A stretch of 64,000 bases of DNA from Amaricoccus sp. (GTDB lineage Bacteria > Pseudomonadota > Alphaproteobacteria > Rhodobacterales > Rhodobacteraceae): positions 4,617 through 68,616 of the forward strand of contig JBGAJI010000007.1 in the NCBI GenBank assembly GCA_044225035.1, given 5' to 3'. A program made the position numbers and the translations under genes. The stretch's first letter is position 1. Each line of letters starts with the position of its first letter. The notes under the pieces were generated by a model. The model made no database searches. It had not been told where the DNA came from and saw only the letters and a list, made by a program, of their open reading frames with translations. Below, piece after piece: positions 1-9,389 of this stretch.

Positions 1-864
1 AGTGGTAGCGGCGCACCGTCGCTTCCTTGAGCGTGCGGTTCATCCGTCCGACCTGGCCGTTGGTCCAGGGATGGTTCGGCTTCGTGAGCCGGTGCTCGAT
101 CTCGAGGTCGGCGCAGGCGAGCTCGAAGGCGTGGCAACGGAACGGCTCGCCGGCGGCCCTCAGGCGTCGGATGTCCGCGGGCTTCCAGCCGTCGCCGGTC
201 GGCTCCGTGAAGTGCGTCCCGTTGTCGGTGAGAACTGTGTGGATTCGATAGGGAACCGCCTCTGCAAGGCGGTGCAGAAAATCCGCGGCGACGCGCCGGG
301 TCACCCGCTCGTGCAGCTCGGCGAAGGCGAACTTGCTGGTCCGGTCGATGGCCACGAGCAGATGAAGCTTGCCCTCCTCGGTTCGGACCTCGGCGATGTC
401 GATGTGGAAGAAGCCGATGGGGTAGGCCTTGAACGCCGCCTTCGGCTTCGATCCCTCCACCTCCGGCAATCGACTGATCTCGTGACGCAAGAAACAGCGA
501 TGAAGCGAGGAGCGCGTCAGATGCGGGATGGTCGGCTGGAGCGCGTAGAGGCAATCATCGAGCGGCAGCAGCGTATGGCGGCGGAAGGCGACGGCCAGCG
601 CCTCTTCCTCCTTGCTGAGAACGGACGAGCGGCGCTCCTTCGGTCCCATCGGCGCATCGTCGACCGTCTCGCGCTTGCGCCACTTCGCCACCGTCTTCGG
701 GTTGACCCCGTATCGCCGGCTCAGCTCCGCGATCGAAGCCTGCGATCGCTGTATCGCAGCTCGGACGGCGTGCGTGGTCGCGGCGCTTCCGTGAAGTATC
801 TGGCCCATAGCTCCTCCCGGACGTGACGGCAGAACGATACGCCATCACACTCCGGGACTGAACA
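1..864 (-). mobile_element. IS481-family insertion sequence (one end only; truncated by window edge)
   Basis: The minus strand begins TGTTCAGTCCCGG at 864 (IS481-type TGT terminus). It is flanked by CCTAGC at 865-870, matching the NCTAGN target typical of IS481, and contains a transposase. Confidence 0.85.
2..808 (-). CDS. IS481-family transposase (3'-truncated)
   Basis: Manual minus-strand translation from ATG 808: MGQILHGSAATTHAVRAAIQRSQASIAELSRRYGVNPKTVAKWRKR...LPLDDCLYALQPTIPHLTRSSLHRC...PIGFFHIDIAEV...LLVAIDRTSKF (HTH plus DDE core). Not in the ORF track because no stop lies in the window. Confidence 0.92.
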   Translation of the reverse strand, partial: MGQILHGSAATTHAVRAAIQRSQASIAELSRRYGVNPKTVAKWRKRETVDDAPMGPKERRSSVLSKEEEALAVAFRRHTLLPLDDCLYALQPTIPHLTRSSLHRCFLRHEISRLPEVEGSKPKAAFKAYPIGFFHIDIAEVRTEEGKLHLLVAIDRTSKFAFAELHERVTRRVAADFLHRLAEAVPYRIHTVLTDNGTHFTEPTGDGWKPADIRRLRAAGEPFRCHAFELACADLEIEHRLTKPNHPWTNGQVGRMNRTLKEATVRRYH

Positions 865-887
865 CCTAGCCCGGCCAAGCGTTTGTC

Positions 888-913
888 GAGCGGCCGAACC
901 GTTTCGGCCGCTC
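888..913. terminator. GC hairpin downstream of DUF1150 gene
   Basis: GAGCGGCCGAA-ccgt-TTCGGCCGCTC, 11-bp stem; no clear U-tract. Confidence 0.45.
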
Positions 914-920
914 CCCCGGG

Positions 921-1151
921 TCAGTGGACGCTGACCGGCGAATATTCGTTCTGGCGCGCGACGACGAAGGCGCGGTCGCGGTCGGCGACCAGGGCGAGGA
1001 CATCGCCGTTCGGCGCGTGGATCGCATAGATATGGTCGACGCCGGGCGCCTGGGCCTGGATCGCCTCGGGCAGTTCGGAAAGCTTGACCGAGCGGACATA
1101 GACGATCCGGTTCGGCGTCTCATCGGCGGCGAGGGAAGGAAAATCGGTCAT
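921..1151 (-). CDS. DUF1150 family protein
   Basis: RIVYVRSV...IYAIHAPNGDVLALVADRDRAFVVARQNEYSPVSVH; typical partner downstream of alphaproteobacterial Hsp20. Confidence 0.85.
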   Translation of the reverse strand: MTDFPSLAADETPNRIVYVRSVKLSELPEAIQAQAPGVDHIYAIHAPNGDVLALVADRDRAFVVARQNEYSPVSVH

Positions 1152-1167
1152 TTCTGCCTCCTGATTT

Positions 1168-1587
1168 TCAGCGTTTCTTGCCATTGATGGCGATGGCGCG
1201 GACGGTCACCTCGGGTTCGGCCCGCGCGAGGTCGACATGGAGGAGCCCGTTCTCGAGCGCGGCGCCGATCACCTCGACGCCGTCGGCCAGAACGAAGCCG
1301 CGCTGGAACTGGCGCGCCGCGATCCCGCGATGCAGGAAGACCCGGTTCTCGCCGTCGTCGGTTTGCTGCCCGCGGATCACCAGCTGGTTGTTCTCGATCG
1401 TGATCGCCAGATCCGCCTCGGCGAAGCCCGCCACCGCCAGGGTGACGCGATAGGCCGCGGCGCCCCTCTGTTCGATATTGTAGGGCGGATAGCCGTCACC
1501 GCCGGATTTGGCGGTGCGCTCGACCAGCCGGTCGAGCTGCTCGAAGCCGAGCAGATAGGGGTGGGAAGCGAATGTGACCTTGGTCAT
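1168..1587 (-). CDS. Small heat-shock protein, Hsp20/IbpA family
   Basis: C-terminal part of ORF 1168..3504: MTKVTF...LLGFEQL...YPPYNIE...LAVAGF...FLHRGIAARQFQRGFVLA...LENGLLHVDL. Confidence 0.93.
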   Translation of the reverse strand: MTKVTFASHPYLLGFEQLDRLVERTAKSGGDGYPPYNIEQRGAAAYRVTLAVAGFAEADLAITIENNQLVIRGQQTDDGENRVFLHRGIAARQFQRGFVLADGVEVIGAALENGLLHVDLARAEPEVTVRAIAINGKKR

Positions 1588-1594
1588 CCTGAGC

Positions 1595-1616
1595 AAGTCC
1601 TCGACGGAAGCGACTT
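1595..1616 (-). promoter_or_regulatory. ROSE-like RNA thermometer hairpin occluding the Hsp20 SD
   Basis: The mRNA AAGUCGCUUCCGUCGAGGACUU folds with UCGCU pairing GAGGA and a bulged G, ending 7 nt before the AUG. Confidence 0.6.
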
Positions 1617-1654
1617 CGCGCGGCGTCCCGTTCCGGCGGCGCCGCTCCTGCGAT

Positions 1655-1683
1655 AGATTGGGGTCCCGGCCTCGAAAAACAAG
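1655..1683 (-). promoter_or_regulatory. RpoH (sigma32)-type promoter of hsp20
   Basis: Minus strand CTTG-N18-CCAATCT resembles the alphaproteobacterial CTTG-N17/18-CYTATNT consensus. Confidence 0.55.
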
Positions 1684-1740
1684 GGATCCGGGCCGGTTCG
1701 GGGGGTAGGCGGAGCCTTGGCCGGACGTTATACCCGTGCC

Positions 1741-1959
1741 ATGACCGAGCCACCGACCATGTCGCGCGAGGAAATGCTCCGGGTTACGCTGGGGTTGCTT
1801 CTGCGCGAGCATCGCGATCTCGACGATGCCATCGCCGCGCTGGATCAGGCGGGCAGGGCGGATCCGCTGACCGTCCGGCGGCTGAAGAAGCGGAAGCTGC
1901 TGCTCAAGGATCAGATCGCGCGCATCGAGGACGAGATCACGCCGGACATCATCGCATGA
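1741..1959 (+). CDS. DUF465/YdcH family protein
   Basis: [14 protein letters not shown]...[24 protein letters not shown]. Confidence 0.9.
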   Translation: MTEPPTMSREEMLRVTLGLLLREHRDLDDAIAALDQAGRADPLTVRRLKKRKLLLKDQIARIEDEITPDIIA

Positions 1960-2450
1960 GCGCGCCGGCGCCCCTGGTCGGGATCGTGATGGGCAGTCAG
2001 TCGGACTGGGAGACGATGCGGTGCGCCGCCGAGCTGCTCGACGCGCTCGGCGTGCCGTGCGAGGCGCGGATCGTCTCGGCGCATCGCACGCCGGACCGGC
2101 TGTTCGCCTATGCCGAGACCGCCGCCGGGCGGGGGATCCGGGTGGTGATCGCCGGCGCGGGCGGCGCGGCGCATCTGCCGGGGATGCTGGCGGCCAAGAC
2201 CTGGCTGCCGGTGCTTGGCGTGCCGGTTCAATCGAAGGCGCTGTCGGGCATGGATTCGCTGCTTTCCATCGTGCAGATGCCGAAGGGCGTGCCGGTCGGG
2301 ACGCTCGCCATCGGCGCGGCGGGGGCGGCGAACGCCGCGCTGCTGGCCGCGGCGATCCTGGCGCTGAACGACGAGGGCCTCGCCGCGCGGCTCGGCGCCT
2401 GGCGCGCGGCGCAGACCGAAGGCGTGGCCGAGGTGCCCGATGGCGCTTGA
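1956..2450 (+). CDS. purE: N5-CAIR mutase
   Basis: [45 protein letters not shown]. Confidence 0.97.
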   Translation: MSAPAPLVGIVMGSQSDWETMRCAAELLDALGVPCEARIVSAHRTPDRLFAYAETAAGRGIRVVIAGAGGAAHLPGMLAAKTWLPVLGVPVQSKALSGMDSLLSIVQMPKGVPVGTLAIGAAGAANAALLAAAILALNDEGLAARLGAWRAAQTEGVAEVPDGA

Positions 2451-3531
2451 CCCCATGGCGCCTGAGACGCGCGCGCCGAAGGTCGGGGCGGTGATCGGCA
2501 TCCTCGGCGGCGGACAGCTCGGGCGGATGCTGGCGCTGGCGGCGGCGCGGCTTGGCGCGCGCTGCCATGTGTTCGAGCCGGCGTCCGACCCTTGCGCCGG
2601 GCCGGTGGTCGAGAAGGTGGTCCGCGCCGGCTATGACGACGTGGCGGCGCTGCGCGCCTTCGCCGCCGGGGTCGATGTGGTGACCTACGAGTTCGAGAAC
2701 GTGGCGCTGGCGGCGGTCGATGCGATCGCGGATCTCGCGCCGGTCCGGCCCGGGCGGCGGGCGCTGGAAGTGGCGCAGGACCGGATCGCGGAGAAGGATT
2801 TCCTGAGCGGGATCGGGCTCAGGGTCGCGCCCTACGCCGCCGTGGACGGGCCGGCGGATCTCGAGGCCGCGCTGGAACGGATCGGCGCGCCTTCCATCCT
2901 GAAGACGCGGCGCCTCGGCTATGACGGCAAGGGGCAGGCGCGGATCGCCACGCCCGGCGACACGGCGGCGGCCTGGGACGCGGTCGGCGCCGCGCCTTCG
3001 GTGCTGGAAGGCTTCGTCGCCTTCGAGCGCGAGATTTCGGTGATCGCGGCGCGCGGGATCGATGGCGCGGTCGTCGCCTTCGATCCGGGCGAGAACGTGC
3101 ATCGGGACGGCATCCTCCATACCACGACGGTTCCGGCGCGCGTCGGGCCGGGCACGGCGCAGGACGCGGTCCTGATCGCCGGGCGCGTTCTGAACGCGCT
3201 CGATTACGTTGGCGTGGTGGGGGTCGAGCTGTTCGTCACGGCGGGGGGGGGACTCGTGGTCAACGAGATCGCGCCCCGGGTGCACAATTCCGGGCACTGG
3301 ACGCAGGACGGCTGTCTCATCGACCAGTTCGAGCAGCATGTCCGTGCGATCCTCGGCTGGCCGCTCGGCGACGGGGCGCGCCATTCGGACGCGGTGATGA
3401 CAAATTTGCTGGGCGACGAGGTCGCCGCCGCCCCGGCGATGACCGGCGCGGCGCTGCATCTCTATGGCAAGGCCGAGGCGCGGCCGGGCCGCAAGATGGG
3501 GCATGTGACGCGAATCAGCCCGCGGACGTGA
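2440..3531 (+). CDS. purK: N5-CAIR synthase
   Basis: [49 protein letters not shown]. Confidence 0.97.
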   Translation: MALDPMAPETRAPKVGAVIGILGGGQLGRMLALAAARLGARCHVFEPASDPCAGPVVEKVVRAGYDDVAALRAFAAGVDVVTYEFENVALAAVDAIADLAPVRPGRRALEVAQDRIAEKDFLSGIGLRVAPYAAVDGPADLEAALERIGAPSILKTRRLGYDGKGQARIATPGDTAAAWDAVGAAPSVLEGFVAFEREISVIAARGIDGAVVAFDPGENVHRDGILHTTTVPARVGPGTAQDAVLIAGRVLNALDYVGVVGVELFVTAGGGLVVNEIAPRVHNSGHWTQDGCLIDQFEQHVRAILGWPLGDGARHSDAVMTNLLGDEVAAAPAMTGAALHLYGKAEARPGRKMGHVTRISPRT

Positions 3532-3562
3532 TATTGGCGCGGTGAGCGCGGGTGACGGCCAC

Positions 3563-3609
3563 GGGCGGCGTCCGGGACGCCCCGCCCACCCGCGTCCCGG
3601 ACGCCGCCC
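3563..3609. terminator. 18-bp perfect inverted repeat between convergent genes
   Basis: GGGCGGCGTCCGGGACGC-N11-GCGTCCCGGACGCCGCCC. Confidence 0.65.
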
Positions 3610-3633
3610 TTCTGCGCGCGCGGCGAGGCCGCG

Positions 3634-3969
3634 TCAGGCGTAGACGGCTTCCTTGCCGAAATGCCGGGTCAGCAGGTAATAGACGACGGCGCGGTGCTTC
3701 GTCCGGTTCGATCGGCCGTGCGCCGAGCACCTTCCGAGGCCAGCCATCAGTTCGGGCCCGTCCGCGAGGCCGAGCTTGCGGACGAGGAAGCTGGCGCGGA
3801 TGGTTCGAACTCGCTCCTGTCGCCGCCGGCGACCCGCGATGTGTCGAGCTCGTAGATCGTCGGGCCGCAGCCGATCGCCACCTTGGTCAGCAGCGCCATG
3901 TCCGGCTCCTGCCGCATTTTTCCTGAGATTGGCGGCGTAGACCGCGATCAGATCGTCCCTTTTGCCCGC
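3634..3969 (-). pseudogene. DUF2853 family gene, frameshifted with lost start codon
   Basis: Pieces in different frames: GKRDDLIAVYAANLR / EPDMALLTKVAIGCGPTIY / FLVRKLGLADGPELM / RAVVYYLLTRHFGKEAVYA*. GCG occupies the expected start position. Confidence 0.7.
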
Positions 3970-4125
3970 GCCTTTTCCCCCTGATGCGATGCGCCCGGCG
4001 GCGGCGCGAAGGCCGCGCGGGGCGCGCCGATCAAGGAAAGCACGCTTTCAAGGTAAATTCCACGCCGGGCCGCGCGCGCGCCAGCGCGGCTTGCCAGGGC
4101 GGCGTTCACGGGCAATAGACCGGCC

Positions 4126-5343
4126 ATGACGCCCGGCGCCCGCCTTTCCGCCGCCATCGAGCTGCTCGACGCCGTGATCGCCGGCGAGCCCGCCGAGCGG
4201 CCCCGACCCGATGGGCGCGCGCCCAGTCGCTTCGCCGGATCGAAGGACCGGGCGGCGGTGCGCGACCATGTGTTCGACGCGCTGCGCCGGCGCCGCTCGC
4301 TCGGCTGGCCTGGCGGCGGCGATACGGGGCGGGCGCTGATCCTCGCCCTCGCCGCGCGGGACGGGGGCGGGGGTGGGGTCGGGGAGCTCTTCACCGGCGC
4401 GGGCTATGACCCACCGCCGCCGACGGCCGCCGAGCGCGAGAGCCTGTCGCGCGATCTCGCCCAGGCGCCGGAGGGCACGCGGCTCGATTTCCCGGATTTC
4501 CTCGGGCCCGCGCTCCATGCCGCGCTGGGCGAGGATTTCGAGGCGGTGCTCGGTGCGATGCGGACGCGGGCGCCGGTCGATCTGCGGGTCAATACGCTGA
4601 AGACCAACGCCGACGCGGCGACCGTGGTGCTGGCCCGCGACGGGGTGCGGGTCGCGTCGCAGCCGCTGGCCGGCCATGCCTTGCGCGTGCTGGAGAATCC
4701 GCGGCTCGTCGCGGCCAGCCGGGCCTATAGCCAGGGCATGGTCGAGCTTCAGGACGTGTCGAGCCAGTATGTCGCCGAGAGCGCCGGGGCGCGGCCGGGG
4801 ATGACCGTGCTCGATTTCTGCGCCGGCGGCGGCGGCAAGACGCTGGCGCTCGCCGCGGCGATGCAGGGGCGGGGCCGGCTGATGGCCTGGGATGCCAATC
4901 CCCGGCGCATGGCCGACCTGCCGGAGCGTGCGCGCCGCGCCGGGGCCGAGATTCGGGTGATGGGCGATGACGAGCGGGCGCGGCTGGGCGCGGTCTGCGA
5001 CCTCGTGCTGGTCGATGCGCCCTGTTCGGGAACCGGCGCCTGGCGCCGCAAGCCGGAGGGAAAGTGGCGGCTGACGCCGGAGGAACTCGCCGGCTATCCG
5101 CCGCTGCAGGATACGATTCTCGACACAGCGGCGGCGCATGTCCGGCCGGGCGGCCTGCTGGTCTATGCCACCTGCTCGCTCTTGCGCGTCGAGAACGAGG
5201 AGCGCGCCGCCGCCTTCGCCGCGCGGCATGCCGACTGGGCGCCGGATGGCGCGCGGCGGCTGAGCCCGATCGACGGGGGAGACGGCTTTTTCATGGCCCG
5301 CTTCCGTTCCCCCAAAGCCCGGAAGGCGCCGGCGTCCGGCTAG
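4126..5343 (+). CDS. RsmB/NOP family RNA m5C methyltransferase
   Basis: RFAGSKDRAAVRD, VELQDVSSQ, VLDFCAGGGGK, LVDAPCSGTGAWRR, LVYATCS, DGFF. Confidence 0.92.
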   Translation: MTPGARLSAAIELLDAVIAGEPAERPRPDGRAPSRFAGSKDRAAVRDHVFDALRRRRSLGWPGGGDTGRALILALAARDGGGGGVGELFTGAGYDPPPPTAAERESLSRDLAQAPEGTRLDFPDFLGPALHAALGEDFEAVLGAMRTRAPVDLRVNTLKTNADAATVVLARDGVRVASQPLAGHALRVLENPRLVAASRAYSQGMVELQDVSSQYVAESAGARPGMTVLDFCAGGGGKTLALAAAMQGRGRLMAWDANPRRMADLPERARRAGAEIRVMGDDERARLGAVCDLVLVDAPCSGTGAWRRKPEGKWRLTPEELAGYPPLQDTILDTAAAHVRPGGLLVYATCSLLRVENEERAAAFAARHADWAPDGARRLSPIDGGDGFFMARFRSPKARKAPASG

Positions 5344-5418
5344 AGTCTTGAAAACGCGCAATGTCTTGACCACCAAACGATCCGTCCGGTTCGACATTGC
5401 TCTAGCGCCATGCGCGAA

Positions 5419-5434
5419 TTCAGAAGGCGTTAAC
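5419..5434 (+). promoter_or_regulatory. Candidate CtrA box upstream of cckA
   Basis: TTCA-N7-TTAAC, one mismatch to TTAA-N7-TTAAC. Confidence 0.45.
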
Positions 5435-5500
5435 AAAACCTGTGGTTGAAATGCCGGACTTGCGCTATGGTGCCGCGCGCAAAGTTCCGAAAGGCCGAAG

Positions 5501-7747
5501 GTGCGGGACGAGATCGACAGCGAAACTGGCCAGGGATTGGCGCGCGGCGCGACGCTGCTCGGCTTGAGTGGCGCGATCCTGCTCGGCTCGACCCTGACCA
5601 GCGTCTGGACCGGGTCGGTGGTGGTGCCGACGGCCCTCGCCGTGGCGCTGCTGGTCTTTGGCGGCTTCCTCGTCACGGTGCGGATCGGCGCGCCGCGGGC
5701 GAACGGTCCGAGCGGCATCGAACCTTTCGAGGGACATACCGAGCCTGTCTATCTGACCGACCTCGGCGGCGGCCCGATCGCGGCCAATCCGGCGGCGGGG
5801 GCTGCGCGCTTTCCCGGCGCCTGGCTGGCCGACGGCGCCGCGCTCTATCGCATGACGCGCGAGGCCCGTGCCAATGGCGTGGCGATCGCGGAAACCGACG
5901 GCCATCGGCTGATCGCGACGCGGCACGGGGCGCGCGGCCTGCTCTGGCGCGTGGAACGGCGCGCGCCGCCGCCGGCCGCGACCTCGGAGGTCGACGCGCT
6001 CGGCGTGCCCTGGCTCAGCGTCGATGGCGGCGGCAAGGTTCTCGCGGCCAACGCGGCCGCCGTGGCGCTGACCGGAACCATGCCGGCGCGGCTCGGCGAG
6101 GTGCTGAGCGATCCGCCGCCGCGCCCGGACGGGGTGCATATGCTCGCAACCTCGGGCGGCGCGGTGCGGGCGGTGGTGGTTTCCGAGCGGGACGACGGCG
6201 GCTGCGACCTGCTGCTGACCCCGCTCGGCGGGGCGGAAATCTCGGGCCTCGTGCCGGATCATTTCCTCGAGGATCTGCCGGTGGCGCTGGCCCGGATGGA
6301 AACGGACGGCGCGCTCACCTATGCCAACAAGGCGGCGCGGCAGCTGCTCGGCGAGCGGGCGCGGCCGGGGACGAATATCGCCGACCTGCTGGAAGGCATG
6401 GGCCGCTCGATCGCCGAACGGCTGGCCGACACGACGCGCGGCCGGGCGCTCGGCCGGTCCGAGGTGGCGCGCGGCGCGCTCGACGGGCAGGAAATCTATC
6501 TGCAGGTCGCCTTCACCCGCGCCATGCTCGATGGCGCGCCCTCGGTGCTGGCTGTGCTGTCGGATGCGACCGAACTGAAGACGCTGGAGGCGCAGTTCGT
6601 CCAGAGCCAGAAGATGCAGGCGGTCGGCCAGCTGGCCGGCGGCGTGGCGCATGACTTCAACAACCTGCTGACCGCGATCAACGGCCATTGCGACCTCCTT
6701 CTGATGCGCCACGACGTCGCCGACGTCGAGCATGGCGACCTGATGCAGATCCGCCAGAACGCCAACCGCGCGGCGGCCCTGGTGCGGCAGCTGCTGGCCT
6801 TCTCGCGCAAGCAGACGCTGCGGCCGACCGTCATCAATCTGCAGGACACCTTGTCCGAGCTCAGCCACCTCCTGAACCGGCTGCTGACCGACAAGGTGAC
6901 CTTGCGCATCGAGAACGGGCCGGATCTCGCCCCGGTGCGGGTCGACGAGCGGCAGCTGGAACAGGTGATCATGAACCTCGTCGTCAATGCGCGCGACGCC
7001 ATGCCGCGCGGCGGCGAGGTGCGGGTGACGACGCGCAACGCCCATCTCGCCGAGGACCTGCACCGCGACCGCGCCGTGGTGCTGACCGGCGACTATGTGG
7101 TGATCGAGGTGGCGGATTCCGGCCACGGCATCCCCGAGGGCAAGCTCAACAAGATCTTCGAGCCGTTCTACACCACGAAGCAGGTCGGCGAGGGCACCGG
7201 CCTCGGCCTTTCCACCGCCTATGGCATCATCAAGCAGACCGGCGGCTTCATCTTCGCCGACAGCCCGCCGGGGCAGGGCGCGATCTTCACCATCTACCTG
7301 CCCGCCTATGAAAAGCTGGCGGCGCCGGTGGCGCCGGAGCCCGAGGTGCGCCGCTCGAAGGACCTGACCGGCCGCGGCCTCGTGCTGCTCGTCGAGGACG
7401 AGGATCCGGTGCGGAGCTTCGCGGCCCGCGCGCTCCGCTTGCGTGGCTACACCGTGGTCGAGGCCTCGTCCGGCGAGGAGGCGCTCGACATCCTGAAGGA
7501 CGCCGATTTCCGCGTCGACATCATGCTGTCGGACGTGATCATGCCGGGCCTCGACGGCCCCGGCTGGGTGCGCGAGGCGCAGAAGGCCCGGCCGGACGCC
7601 AAGGTGATCTTCATGTCAGGCTATACGGAGGACGCCTTCGTCGGCGGCGAGAGCGGCATCCCGCATTCGGCCTTCCTGCCGAAGCCCTTCACGCTCAACG
7701 AACTGACCCAGAAGGTGAAGGACCATCTCGACGCCGCCCTCGTCTAG
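5501..7747 (+). CDS. cckA: Hybrid sensor kinase/receiver CckA
   Basis: Two N-terminal TM helices, PAS regions, QSQKMQAVGQLAGGVAHDFNNLL, NARDAM, GEGTGLGL and a C-terminal receiver; immediately upstream of recA. Confidence 0.88.
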   Translation: MRDEIDSETGQGLARGATLLGLSGAILLGSTLTSVWTGSVVVPTALAVALLVFGGFLVTVRIGAPRANGPSGIEPFEGHTEPVYLTDLGGGPIAANPAAGAARFPGAWLADGAALYRMTREARANGVAIAETDGHRLIATRHGARGLLWRVERRAPPPAATSEVDALGVPWLSVDGGGKVLAANAAAVALTGTMPARLGEVLSDPPPRPDGVHMLATSGGAVRAVVVSERDDGGCDLLLTPLGGAEISGLVPDHFLEDLPVALARMETDGALTYANKAARQLLGERARPGTNIADLLEGMGRSIAERLADTTRGRALGRSEVARGALDGQEIYLQVAFTRAMLDGAPSVLAVLSDATELKTLEAQFVQSQKMQAVGQLAGGVAHDFNNLLTAINGHCDLLLMRHDVADVEHGDLMQIRQNANRAAALVRQLLAFSRKQTLRPTVINLQDTLSELSHLLNRLLTDKVTLRIENGPDLAPVRVDERQLEQVIMNLVVNARDAMPRGGEVRVTTRNAHLAEDLHRDRAVVLTGDYVVIEVADSGHGIPEGKLNKIFEPFYTTKQVGEGTGLGLSTAYGIIKQTGGFIFADSPPGQGAIFTIYLPAYEKLAAPVAPEPEVRRSKDLTGRGLVLLVEDEDPVRSFAARALRLRGYTVVEASSGEEALDILKDADFRVDIMLSDVIMPGLDGPGWVREAQKARPDAKVIFMSGYTEDAFVGGESGIPHSAFLPKPFTLNELTQKVKDHLDAALV

Positions 7748-7797
7748 CCGCCGCCGGCCCTCGAAAAATTAAGCCTGTTTAGGATTTATCTTGCATT

Positions 7798-7844
7798 GTT
7801 CTCGTTTCGTACCCATGTTTGACCCATGAGAACAAGGCACGAAC
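7798..7844 (+). promoter_or_regulatory. Two LexA (SOS) boxes upstream of recA
   Basis: GTTC-N7-GTAC (7798-7812) and GAAC-N7-GAAC (7830-7844), the alphaproteobacterial direct-repeat SOS box. Confidence 0.85.
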
Positions 7845-7897
7845 ACGGGTGCCCCCGTGATTGTCGCCCCGAACCGAGTGTGAAATAAGAGGCGCCA

Positions 7898-8962
7898 ATG
7901 GCTACCCCCATCCTGGACTTCAACGAAAGACGCGGCATGGACAAGCAGAAGGCGCTGGAATCGGCCCTCGCGCAGATCGAGCGCAGCTTCGGCAAGGGCT
8001 CGATCATGAAGCTCGGCTCGACGCCGGCGCTCGATATCGAGGCGATTTCCACCGGATCGATCGGGCTCGACATCGCGCTCGGCATCGGCGGGCTGCCCAA
8101 GGGGCGGATCATCGAGATCTACGGGCCGGAAAGCTCGGGCAAGACGACGCTCGCCCTGCATGTGATCGCCGAGGAACAGCGGCTGGGCGGGGTCTGCGCC
8201 TTCGTCGACGCCGAACATGCGCTCGACCCGGTCTATGCCAAGAAGGTCGGCGTCAATATCGACGAGATGCTGATTTCCCAGCCCGACACCGGCGAGCAGG
8301 CGCTGGAGATCACCGAGACGCTGGTGCGCTCCGGCGCGGTCTCGGTGGTGGTGGTCGATTCGGTCGCGGCGCTCACCCCGAAGTCGGAGCTCGAGGGCGA
8401 CATGGGCGATGCCCAGGTCGGCGCCCAGGCCCGGTTGATGAGCCAGGCGATGCGCAAGCTGACGAGTGCGATCAGCCGCTCGAACTGCATGGTGATCTTC
8501 ATCAACCAGATCCGCATGAAGATCGGCGTGATGTTCGGCTCGCCCGAGACGACATCGGGCGGCAACGCGCTGAAGTTCTACGCCTCCGTCCGGCTCGACA
8601 TCCGGCGCATCGGCGCGATCAAGGACCGCGACGAGGTGGTCGGCAATACCACGCGGGTGAAGGTGGTGAAGAACAAGGTCGCGCCGCCGTTCAAGCAGGT
8701 GGAATTCGACATCATGTATGGCGAGGGCATTTCCAAGCGTGGCGAGTTGGTCGATCTCGGGGTCAAGGCCGGCGTGGTCGAGAAATCCGGTGCCTGGTAC
8801 TCCTTTTCCGACCAGCGCATCGGCCAGGGCCGGGAGAATGCCAAGACCTTCCTGAAGGAAAACCCCGACATCGCCTTCCAGATCGAGGACAAGCTGCGCG
8901 CCGCGCACGGTCTCGATTTCGCGATGAGCGGCGAGGACACCGCCGAGGTCCTCGACGACTGA
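7898..8962 (+). CDS. recA: Recombinase RecA
   Basis: [55 protein letters not shown]. Confidence 0.99.
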   Translation: MATPILDFNERRGMDKQKALESALAQIERSFGKGSIMKLGSTPALDIEAISTGSIGLDIALGIGGLPKGRIIEIYGPESSGKTTLALHVIAEEQRLGGVCAFVDAEHALDPVYAKKVGVNIDEMLISQPDTGEQALEITETLVRSGAVSVVVVDSVAALTPKSELEGDMGDAQVGAQARLMSQAMRKLTSAISRSNCMVIFINQIRMKIGVMFGSPETTSGGNALKFYASVRLDIRRIGAIKDRDEVVGNTTRVKVVKNKVAPPFKQVEFDIMYGEGISKRGELVDLGVKAGVVEKSGAWYSFSDQRIGQGRENAKTFLKENPDIAFQIEDKLRAAHGLDFAMSGEDTAEVLDD

Positions 8963-9316
8963 GGGCCAACTGGCCTCGCGGTCCCGTGGAGGCGCCCGCG
9001 ACGATCCGCGCCTTCGCCGCCGTGCCACGCTTGCGCGATCGGCGACACGGCCGCGTGGCGGTGGGCGTCGGGCCGATCGGCGGCGCTTCCACCCGAACCG
9101 CGGGGGCTGCCGCCGGTTGACACCGACCTGACGGTCGGCGCCGCCCGTTGGCGGGGGCGCCGCGTCGACGCCCCGCTGATTGTGCCGTTCGGCCCGCGGC
9201 GCGCTTCGTCGTCCCGCGAGCTTCGGGCTCCTGGCTCGACCGGCGCGCCGGACGGGAAATGTATCGCGGGATGCGCGGGTGGTGTCTTGCGCGACTGCCC
9301 TTGACAGGTCCCTTTT

Positions 9317-9389
9317 GATCGGGATCGGGATCGGGATCGGGATCGGGATCGGGATCGGGATCGGGATCGGGATCGGGATCGGGATCGGG
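9317..9389 (+). repeat. Hexanucleotide microsatellite (ATCGGG)12
   Basis: Twelve perfect tandem copies in the recA-alaS spacer, starting 10 bp after a TTGACA (9301-9306). Confidence 0.97.

Noticed and set aside
2-826. 274-aa plus-strand ORF
   Set aside because: Antisense shadow of the IS481 transposase; no recognisable motifs.
1588-3504. Upstream 640 aa of ORF 1168..3504 and other long antisense ORFs (e.g. 9906..11987, 23836..25800, 35195..38053, 44757..47723)
   Set aside because: Shadow frames of well-identified genes in high-GC DNA.
9317-9389. Possible CRISPR array or iteron cluster
   Set aside because: Pure tandem hexamer without spacers; no cas or rep genes. No CRISPR array was seen anywhere in the window.
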